A stretch of DNA of 63,643 nt, filler included, from Octopus bimaculoides (Eukaryota), in assembly GCF_001194135.2 (NCBI RefSeq). It is 4 parts of 4 records of this genome, joined end to end, with 100 filler letters (N's around TTAATTAATTAA, not from the genome) between each part and the next. Parts side by side here need not be neighbours in the genome. Positions count along the whole stretch, not along the records: positions 37,996 to 54,820 come from NC_068991.1; positions 54,921 to 63,643 come from NC_068982.1; 2 more parts are not named here. One strand, given 5' to 3'. Of the stretch, positions 53,505 through 63,643 are shown one piece after another (position 1 is the stretch's first letter; every line of letters begins with the position of its first letter). The notes below the pieces were generated by a model. It had not been told where the DNA came from. It worked only from the letters and a program-made list of their open reading frames with translations, and ran no database searches. A program made the position numbers and the translations under genes.

Positions 53505-54244
53505 AGGATTAATGTAATATAATGTAATATAAAACTGAAGCAAATTAACACCAAATATACAGTGCGTGTGTTTTTATTGGCTAAACTGGCAATATGACCA
53601 TCCCCAAGTACAACAACATTATTATTAATATTTTCTCTCATTTCGTAGGTCCTTTTCTCCCACTATTAACTTTACTCTGCGTTATTTTCTTAATCCAATG
53701 AAACAAAAAACAAAAAAAAACAAAGAAAAACAGAACAGCCCCTTAAAATTCTTCTTCTATCAGCCTTCAAAATATGAATTAGTCAAGTAGGTTTCTTATC
53801 ATTGGGGTGAGCAAACTACTTCAAGTGTTGGGGGCTAGAGGTGGGGCGGGTCACACTGAAGGTAAACAGAGCATTGAGAAGTCACTTTAGTCTGTAGCAC
53901 TTGACCTAATCATTCTCTAACGGTTAAGGGAATCTTGAATTCCTTCAACTGGATGGTCCGAGATATATTATTGGGTGGGTGAGAAATTTCAGTGGGCGTA
54001 CGAGGGAGAACAGAAGCAGGGACCACGAACAGCTGTTCCCGTCGTTGTCGTCTAACTTTAGGGGATTTTTGTATAGAGGGGACGGGTAGCTGTTCATTCG
54101 TTGTTGTTGTTGTTGTTATTGTTGTTGTTTTTGTTGTGGTTTTTTTTTTGTCGTTGTTGTTGTTGTTGTTGTTGCTCTGACAGTTGTGTTATCATCAGAC
54201 TCTAAATATAGTTGTTTCTGATATGAAAACTGAAATTTGCGTGA

Positions 54245-54370
54245 ATAGATAGATAGAAAGATAAATAGGAAGACAGACAGACAGACAGACAGGCAGACAG
54301 ACGTACTGACGTACAGATGGACAGACAGACGGACAGAGAGACAGACAGAAAGACAGACAGACAGACAGAC

Positions 54371-54425
<55 letters not shown>

Positions 54426-54446
54426 CAGATAGATAGATAGATAGAC

Positions 54447-54488
<42 letters not shown>
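54245..54488 (+). repeat. (GATA)n/(GACA)n tetranucleotide tract (another GATA tract at 28944-29012)
   Basis: Directly visible. Confidence 0.95.
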
Positions 54489-54489
<1 letters not shown>

Positions 54490-54735
54490 ACGGTTGCCGA
54501 AATGTCCATACGTCTCACGAGGCAATTTCTGGTAAGTATTCCGTATTTCCTGTGTGTGATATATTTCAGGTTAAATTCGTTTTTAGTTTACATAGATATA
54601 ATGTCATAGCACCTACTACTTGTCGACTCCTTGTGCCGCACTATCCGTGATTAAATAGTTGTCTTAGATGCACTAGAATTGTACAGGTCCAAGCTCATAT
54701 GTTTTATATATACACGCACACACACACGCACACAC

Positions 54736-54820
<85 letters not shown>

Positions 54821-55129
54821 NNNNNNNNNNNNNNNNNNNNNNNNNNNNNNNNNNNNNNNNNNNNTTAATTAATTAANNNNNNNNNNNNNNNNNNNNNNNN
54901 NNNNNNNNNNNNNNNNNNNNCTATAGCAGATGATGCTTGTCTAAGGTGTCACACAGAAGGATTGAACCCAAACGAGCTACACAGTCATGCCTGCACCAAT
55001 CATGATGATGATTATGATGCATACACACACACCAACACATACACATATCCATACACACATACACATATCCATACACACATACACATATCCATACACACAT
55101 AGACATATACATAACTTAAATAACTTAGA

Positions 55130-55345
55130 TGACACCATGGACAACTCAAGCAGAGATTTGTTGTTGGTTGAGACGTATCCAGGTGTAGGTAGTTTATCCA
55201 GTATTTCCTGGAGGAATTTGTCCAGGTACCGTTTGAAAGTTGTGGGGTCTTTTTCTACTTTAATTTCTTTCGGGATAACATTGAAAAGAGCAGGACCATT
55301 TGCAGTGAAGAAATTGCATTGCTATGTTCTTATGTGATGTGATCT
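55130..55345 (-). mobile_element. CR1/L2-type LINE ORF2 3' end
   Basis: NFFTANGPALFNVIPKEIK..FKRYLDKFLQEILDKLPTPGY..NKSL. Confidence 0.75.
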
Positions 55346-55535
55346 CGACCTCTGTAGGGGATGCATTGCATGGGGGCCTAGTCTTGAATGAACTGTAAAA
55401 ATAATACCGATATTATTTGTAACATGAATATGTGTATGTATGTGTATACATATGTGAGAGTGTGTGTGTTTAAGACAGGGTGGGTAGGGCATTTAAAAAG
55501 GAAGTCCTCTCTCCCCGCTATAAGCCATGTACACA

Positions 55536-55580
<45 letters not shown>

Positions 55581-56550
55581 NNNNNNNNNNNNNNNNNNNN
55601 NNNNNNNNNNNNNNNNNNNNNNNNNNNNNNNNNNNNNNNNNNNNNNNNNNNNNNNNNNNNNNNNNNNNNNNNNNNNNNNNNNNNNNNNNNNNNNNNNNNN
55701 NNNNNNNNNNNNNNNNNNNNNNNNNNNNNNNNNNNNNNNNNNNNNNNNNNNNNNNNNNNNNNNNNNNNNNNNNNNNNNNNNNNNNNNNNNNNNNNNNNNN
55801 NNNNNNNNNNNNNNNNNNNNNNNNNNNNNNNNNNNNNNNNNNNNNNNNNNNNNNNNNNNNNNNNNNNNNNNNNNNNNNNNNNNNNNNNNNNNNNNNNNNN
55901 NNNNNNNNNNNNNNNNNNNNNNNNNNNNNNNNNNNNNNNNNNNNNNNNNNNNNNNNNNNNNNNNNNNNNNNNNNNNNNNNNNNNNNNNNNNNNNNNNNNN
56001 NNNNNNNNNNNNNNNNNNNNNNNNNNNNNNNNNNNNNNNNNNNNNNNNNNNNNNNNNNNNNNNNNNNNNNNNNNNNNNNNNNNNNNNNNNNNNNNNNNNN
56101 NNNNNNNNNNNNNNNNNNNNNNNNNNNNNNNNNNNNNNNNNNNNNNNNNNNNNNNNNNNNNNNNNNNNNNNNNNNNNNNNNNNNNNNNNNNNNNNNNNNN
56201 NNNNNNNNNNNNNNNNNNNNNNNNNNNNNNNNNNNNNNNNNNNNNNNNNNNNNNNNNNNNNNNNNNNNNNNNNNNNNNNNNNNNNNNNNNNNNNNNNNNN
56301 NNNNNNNNNNNNNNNNNNNNNNNNNNNNNNNNNNNNNNNNNNNNNNNNNNNNNNNNNNNNNNNNNNNNNNNNNNNNNNNNNNNNNNNNNNNNNNNNNNNN
56401 NNNNNNNNNNNNNNNNNNNNNNNNNNNNNNNNNNNNNNNNNNNNNNNNNNNNNNNNNNNNNNNNNNNNNNNNNNNNNNNNNNNNNNNNNNNNNNNNNNNN
56501 NNNNNNNNNNNNNNNNNNNNNNNNNNNNNNNNNNNNNNNNNNNNNNNNNN

Positions 56551-56595
<45 letters not shown>

Positions 56596-59150
56596 ACACA
56601 TATTCATACACACACACACCCACATGTATATATGTCTTTGTATCTACACACATGTATATATGAGTGGATGGAGGGGGCGCATGCAATTTGCATGTATACT
56701 CAGATCATGCTATGCTGCTGTCAATAGCCATTCATGTCAACATGTGTACACTGTTGTAGCTACTCCCCCCCCCTCCTCTTCCGCCATCCACCACCTCTGA
56801 CAAGTATGTAAACAAAACTGCGTGTGTATGTGTACAGGTGTACATGCATGTATGAGCCTGCATGTATGTGTGCATAAACATGATCACATTCACTGGTGCA
56901 TGCGTAACTACATACATGTGCTTGTGTGTGTGTGTGTATGTGTGTTTGTAGTCACTTTTTTCCTAGTTAGTGTCTGAGAGTATGTGTGTGTGTGTGTGTT
57001 TTATATAGGGTGGGTAGGGCACTTGAAAGTCCCTTCTCCCCACTTCTAGCCCTGATTATCACCATACATACACTGTCCCTATTGTGTGTTTTAAGAATGG
57101 CCTATATCAACAACTGGTTGAGAGGGAGAAAGACAGGCAAGGTGGACGCAGTGGCCACTGGAGACACAAGCATACTTCTCTCACACATGCACGCACACAC
57201 GCTCATGCACATAAAGAGAGAAAGAGAGAGAGGGAAAGGGAGAAGAATAGAAAAGGTGAGAGGTGGTTTTGAAAGAGAGGGGAAGAGACAAATATATGAA
57301 TGATTCTGCTTGGTCAGTTCTGAGTTACCTAGCAACAACAGNNNNNNNNNNNNNNNNNNNNNNNNNNNNNNNNNNNNNNNNNNNNNNNNNNNNNNNNNNN
57401 NNNNNNNNNNNNNNNNNNNNNNNNNNNNNNNNNNNNNNNNNNNNNNNNNNNNNNNNNNNNNNNNNNNNNNNNNNNNNNNNNNNNNNNNNNNNNNNNNNNN
57501 NNNNNNNNNNNNNNNNNNNNNNNNNNNNNNNNNNNNNNNNNNNNNNNNNNNNNNNNNNNNNNNNNNNNNNNNNNNNNNNNNNNNNNNNNNNNNNNNTGGT
57601 GGTGGTGGTGGTGGGTGATGAGGTGGTGGGTAGAGGTGATGGGGGAGAGTTGGTAAAGTGTATTGGTAGGGAAGTGGTGGAGATAGATGGGGGTAGAGAG
57701 ATACGAGGCAGAGGAGGAGGTGAGACAGAGGTGAGGTAGCGAGGGGTAATGAATGACAATTGATGAATACAAGAGGCTGTAGAAATAAACTTGTTTTAAT
57801 AACAAAACAAATAAAATGTAGTAGGTTGGTGTAGCAGTGTAGTGGCTGGCATGCCCCACCTCTGTACTAAAGGTGACATACACATACGGGCTAGGTAACT
57901 CTATAATATATGGAGTGGGGTGGATTTTCCATTTTTATGCGTTTTGTATTCATTACTTCCAGAAGAGTGACACTATTCATAGCTTTTTCAAGCCCACTGA
58001 TGTAGGTGTGGTAAGCAATTCCACTTTGCAGCTACATGGTTTCAAGTTCAATTCCACCATTTGGCACCTTGTTCAAAAGTCTTCTGTTCCAGCTTTGTGA
58101 GTAGAATTTGATAGACAAACCTGTGTAGAAGTCTGATAGAGGGACTGTTTTTATGTATTGGTGATACCCTCAATCCATCTCTCGATTTAATGCTACCACC
58201 TGGTGTACCCTTGGGTCCTTTCAGCAGAGTCCATGACCAATATTATTCTAATTCTTCCAGCAAGAACAACAGACAATTTCAGATAAGCATACTAAAGAGT
58301 ACAGCTTGCTAAGGAGGTCTAATAACACCAAATCATGTTTGGAGTTGTCTCCCATATTTACTGTAATAAGAGTTTCTAATTTTGGCAAAAGGCCTGCAAT
58401 TTAGGTTACTCTATCAAACATAATGCTTATTTATTCACATTGTTTTGAATTAATCATGCATTATCTTGTGGGGTCAAAATTTTGATAATGTGTTTGTTAT
58501 TTTTAGAATAACGAAGTAGGGTAGGTGTGTGACAGGCTGGATTTGACCAGTTTGAACTTAGAATAGGTAGAATAATATGGCCAAATATGGCTGGTTTGAA
58601 TGCTAAACGGTTGATCAATAACATTGACACCAGTACTTGACTGGTACTTAATTCTATGGACTCTGGAGAGATAAAAGCTAATGTTGATTGCTCTAGGATT
58701 TGAACTCAGCCAGACCACATGATTGTGGAGGTACATGGTTTAGTGGTTAGGGTGTTGGACTCATGATCATAAGGTTGTGGTTTCAATTTCTGGACCAGGA
58801 AACGTATTGTGCACTTGAGCAAAACACTTCATTTCACATTGTTCCAGTCCACACAAATAGCAAAAATGAGTAATTTTGTGATTATATGGGGTCCTATCGA
58901 GGAAGATATATATACACCACAGAATCCAAGAAACCAACCTTATGGATCTATTGCTTGGAAAAAACTTCAGATTCTTTTTTGTTTTTTCGATGCCACATGA
59001 TTATTTGCTTAGTATTTTTAATTTTTACTCCCTCAAATATGTTAACACTAACTTTTATTGCAAAAGAGGGATATTTATGTGGTGCTGAGAAGACATGGAT
59101 GTCTAACTTGTGATGTTGAAGTGGTTTACAATGTAGCAGCAGCAGCAGTA

Positions 59151-59185
<35 letters not shown>

Positions 59186-60070
59186 CCTTCTATGCTCAGT
59201 CCAATCTCTCCAGAACACTGGTCCTCTGGAATCTCTTCCCTGCAGGTGTTGACTCACAACAGTTTAAAAGGCACATTGAGGGCATCAAGCTAACAAAACA
59301 CAGAGGGCCGCAAATATCATGGGCACTGCCCCTTCCTCCCTTTCCCTAAAAGGAAAATAATATGAGAGTATCCAAATGGTATTATCCCTGACCACGATAG
59401 AGTAAAGAAGCCCCTTAAAGTGAAATAATATACTATATATGAAATAATTATCGTGATGACAGGTTGTTTAGTTCTCAACATTATCATCGTTTAATGTCCA
59501 CCTTCCATGCTGCCAGGGTTTGCATAGTTTGGCCAGAACCAGTCGGACAGAAGACAACACCAGGCTACTATGTTTGGTTTTATATCAATATATTGTGAAC
59601 ACTTTGTCTTTTGAAATCTTTGAATCATATGACATCTTAAAATGCTGAGAAATGACTAATGTTTTGTTGAGTTGTTCATCAAATCTTTAGTTTGGAGCTT
59701 ATGTACTATTATTTATGACGAGAGATGTATTTATGACGTATAAGGTATATTTGTGGCATGGGTGAGGTAATTACGATGTATGATGGATATATATTATGTG
59801 AAATGAATTTACGATGTGTGAGATGAATTTATCATGTATATGAAGTATATTTATGATGTGTGAGGCATATGTACATGTGTAAGGTATATTTATCAACTGT
59901 GTGAGGTAATTAAAATGAGTGAAGTAAACTATTTGCAGTAAGTGAGGGTGATTTATGATACAATGGACAAGAAGGAGATAAGGTATTCCATGTTGAGAAA
60001 CAATATTGGACTGAATTGTATTGCATCTGTCCCAGTTTGACAAAATGGTAGTCTTGTTATTTCTTCACAG

Positions 60071-60121
60071 GTATGACCTATACACCAAGTACAGGATCAT
60101 TCCGCTTCTGCTTCCAGATAG
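60071..60121 (+). CDS. Candidate 51-nt symmetric internal exon
   Basis: TCTTGTTATTTCTTCACAG acceptor and AG|GTATTA donor. Open in phase 1 (GMTYTPSTGSFRFCFQI) and phase 2 (YDLYTKYRIIPLLLPD). Confidence 0.3.
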
Positions 60122-60234
60122 GTATTATATTATGCAATGTGTTCTTCCTTTTAAATATAGCTGGATGCTATTTGAAGGAGATTTGGCTGTTTTTCCTAAC
60201 ATAGAAGATCCCTCGTTCATTCATCTTGTTTTAT

Positions 60235-60453
60235 CTACTATCTTTTACTTGTTTCAGTCATTGGAATGTGGCCATCCTGGGGCACCACCTTGAAGAATTT
60301 TTAGGTGAATAAATCAACCCCAGTACTTAGTCTTTCTAAGTCTGGTACTTATTCAATCCATCACTTTTGTCAAACTCCTAAGCTACAGGAACATAAATAC
60401 TCCAACACTGGTTGTCAAGCAGTGGTGGAGGACAAACAGAGACACAAAGACAT

Positions 60454-60503
<50 letters not shown>

Positions 60504-60650
60504 GATGGGCTTCTTTCAGTCTCTGTCTACCAAATCCTCTCACAAGGCTTTGGTCAGCCTGAGGCTATAGTAGAAGACACATGCCCAAAGTGCTACACAG
60601 TGAAACTGAGCCTGTATCCATCTGGTTTGGAAGCAAAATTCTTACCACAC
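60235..60650 (-). mobile_element. Family-2 SINE with internal (CA)n
   Basis: Reverse complement of the family-2 motifs. Confidence 0.85.
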
Positions 60651-60714
60651 TCAGTGTAGATTCCAACAGTCTGGCCAAAATCTCAGAACTGAAGTAATTA
60701 ACAATGTAGTGTGC

Positions 60715-60972
60715 ACCAGGTAATATTTTACAAAGAAAGGGGATAAGGCAATTACATTGACCCCAGTTTTCAACTGATACTTATTTTATCAGCAAGATCG
60801 ATCACAGTGGAATTTGAACTCAGAACATAAAGACAGACAAAATGCCACTAAGCATTTTGTCTGGCATGCTAATGATTCTGCCAGCTCACCAGGCACATGT
60901 GCCAGTGGCACATGAAAAACAACATCTGAGCATGGTGGTGGTGGTGATGATGATGATGATGATGATGATGAC

Positions 60973-61005
<33 letters not shown>

Positions 61006-61243
61006 AATAATAATAATAATCTTTTCTACTCTAAGCACAAGGTCTGAAATTTTTGGGGGTGGGGGCCAGTTGATTAGATCAACCTCAGTATGCAACTGGT
61101 ACTTATTTTATTGGCTCTGAAAGGATGAAAGGCAAAGTCGACCTCAGTGGAATTTGAACTCAAATGGGGTGACAGGTGAAATACTGCTGAGCATTTCGTC
61201 CAGCATGCTAACGATTCTACCAGCTCGCCGCCTTAACAATAAC

Positions 61244-61289
<46 letters not shown>

Positions 61290-61500
61290 GTTTCTAATTT
61301 TGCCACAAAGGCAGCTATTTTGAAGGAAGGGATGAATCTATTACATTGATCCCAGTGTTTCACTGGTACTTAATTTATCGATCCCAAAAGGATGAAAAGC
61401 AAAGTCAACCTCAGTGGAATTTGAACTCAGAACGTGATGACAGATGAAATGCCACTAAGCATTTTGTCCAGCATGCTAATGATTCTGCCAGCTTAGTGCT
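60715..61500 (-). mobile_element. Cluster of about 3 family-1 SINEs in TAA/TGA tracts
   Basis: Family-1 motifs on the minus strand, with TAA on the plus strand. Confidence 0.85.
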
Positions 61501-61925
61501 AAGAGCACCGTCCGAGCGTGATCATTGCCTGGGCACCTGTCTGGCTTCCATGCCAGTGGCACGTAAATAGCACCATTTGAGCATGATCATTACCAGCATT
61601 GTCTTACTGGCACTTGTGCTGGTGGCATGTGAAAAAACATTCGAGCGAGATCATTGCCAGTGCTGATGGACTGGCTCCTGTGCAGGTGGCACATAAAATA
61701 CACCATTTTGAGTGTGGATGTTGCCAGTACCGCCTGACTGGCCTTTGTGCTGGTAGCACGTAAAAGCACCCACTACACTCTTTGAGTGGTTGGCGTTAGG
61801 AAGGGCATCCAGCTGTAGAAACTCTGCCAAATCAGATTGGAGCTTGGTGTAGCCGTCTGGTTCGCCAGTCCTCAGTCAAATCGTCCAACCCATGCTAGCA
61901 TGGAAGGCGGACGTTAAACGATGAA
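61500..61925 (+). mobile_element. Retroposon with about 65-bp internal tandem units and an RTE-SINE-like tail (partial minus copies near 59480-59570 and 63020-63110)
   Basis: GGCGTTAGGAAGGGCATCCAGCTGTAGAAAC..CCCATGCTAGCATGGAAGGCGGACGTTAAACGATGA. Confidence 0.6.
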
Positions 61926-62786
61926 TAATAATAATAATAATAATGATAATAAAAATAATAATAATAATAATAATAAAAGTAATAAAGAAGTACAAAAGAC
62001 CGTTTTAACTGGTACTTCACACACTTTGAGAAGAACCTTGTCGTTGTGAGAACGATAACCTTCCATATAAATAATCAATTTTTCTATATAACTTTATTTG
62101 ATTTTGTAAATGAAAAATCTGGTGTGTTTATCTTAGTAGCCTACCAATGTATACAGTGAGTTTCTTTGCCTTAGGCGTTGGGGAAGACATTTAGAAAGAA
62201 ATGGAAACTAAAATTGAAAGAGGAAAAAACTAATAATAATAATAATAATAACAACAACAACAAGAACACTGGGCAAATGTCTTCTACTATAGCTTGAAAT
62301 CAAACCAAGCCTTGAGAGTGAATGTAGGGGAAGCAAGACCTTCACAGAAGCCATTTGAGACTGTACTTGTTTTGGGATAGGACATACAATCCAGTACCAA
62401 GTTTAATACCACCAACTGGTTTTTTCAGAACTTTTAGGAAAGACCAGTGTTCCAACCATTCAGCCTGTCAGATCATCCTCGGCCTGTCTCTTTCATAAGG
62501 GACTTCACACCACTTAATTATAACATTTCTACAATAAACTTCTTCCAGTTCCATTCTATACTCTTCTCTTTCACCACATTCAGTCTACGCCCTAGTCATC
62601 TCTTCAAATATTTACATTTATTCACAAGATATGCCTTATATATGTAGCACCAAACCAAGGAGTGTATATATTCCCACATATATGCCTGCCTGCCACATCT
62701 ACACAAAAATATGCATGCATATTTATTCACATATATATATGTGTGTGTGTGTATAATATATAAGTATATAAATATACATATATATA

Positions 62787-62828
<42 letters not shown>

Positions 62829-63142
62829 TATATATAATATATATAATATATATATATTTAGATAAAGATAGTTATGGCCAGTCTATAAGATTACCCAATG
62901 TTTCACATCTGTAATATGTGTGTGCGCGTGTGTGTGTGTGTGTGTGTGTGAATGTATGCATATAGTCAGACATTTTCTTTGTTTATATAGTCTCAAATAA
63001 ACACTCAAATGAACATATATATTGTCATCATCATCATTTAACATCCTTTTCTCCATGCTCGTTCTATGTCTGCTTTGACATGGTTTCTACAGCTGGATGC
63101 CCTTCCCAACATATGTGTGTGTGTGTGTTTAATATAAATGTA

Positions 63143-63180
<38 letters not shown>

Positions 63181-63643
63181 ATATATATATATTTATGACA
63201 TATCTATATATAGATAGATAGACAGACAAACAGCCAGACACACACATACATACATATATAAATACATACATACATGCATACATACATACGCACACATGCA
63301 CACATACACTCAAACGCATAAAACATATTCATATATAATATATTTATATATAATATACTGGTGTATATTAGTGTAAACATCAGCAAGAAAACCAATAGCC
63401 AACACTTTCAGATAAATACCACACTGGATGGAATTTATTCTGCCCCACTTACACACCCAATCCCTTATCACTCTTCAGATCAGAAATACAGTGAGCCAGT
63501 AATGGGAGCTTTGATACAATTGTCCACAATGTGTGATATCAAATAATTTATACATAAACACAACACACACATACATCCATACATACATATGTGCCTGTGT
63601 GTCGGTGTATATGCCTGAGTATATGTATATACATACATACATA

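Noticed and set aside
55378-56800. ORFs of about 400 aa here, and similar X-rich ORFs at 8.6, 29.5, 34.2, 46.5, 50.5 and 57.4 kb
   Set aside because: They span N gaps.
63412-63490. Exon candidates on both strands (plus ACA|GTGAGC donor, minus GTAAGT donor)
   Set aside because: Acceptors are weak on both strands and the strand cannot be decided. Mentioned only in the speculative exon chain.

Overview
AT-rich, repeat-dominated animal genomic DNA from a gapped draft assembly. The SINE families and the TAA/TA/CA/GATA microsatellite load point to an octopus or other cephalopod (inference). There are no rRNA, intact tRNA or CRISPR loci. Most long ORFs in the track are microsatellite or N-gap artefacts. 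Host coding signal is sparse: a probable last exon of an unidentified gene (26806-27341, +), a possible secreted protein or extracellular exon (35986-36369, +), and a few splice-site-only exon candidates. The rest is decayed mobile DNA: R4/Dong-type RLE LINE fragments, an internally deleted Tx1/L1-type LINE, CR1 and Penelope-like pieces, mariner, hAT and Helentron-like (HINE) elements, a Gypsy integrase fragment and many tRNA-derived SINEs. The most notable unexplained structures are: (i) a strand-polarised community of retroelements around (TAA)n tracts, with Dong LINEs reading on the TAA strand and the Tx1-like LINE and main SINE on the TTA strand, the latter two apparently sharing a 3' tail; (ii) hammerhead-ribozyme-like folds in Penelope-like termini, including a head-to-head inverted pair at 53.1-53.6 kb. 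All family assignments come from motif recognition by eye, and element boundaries are approximate.
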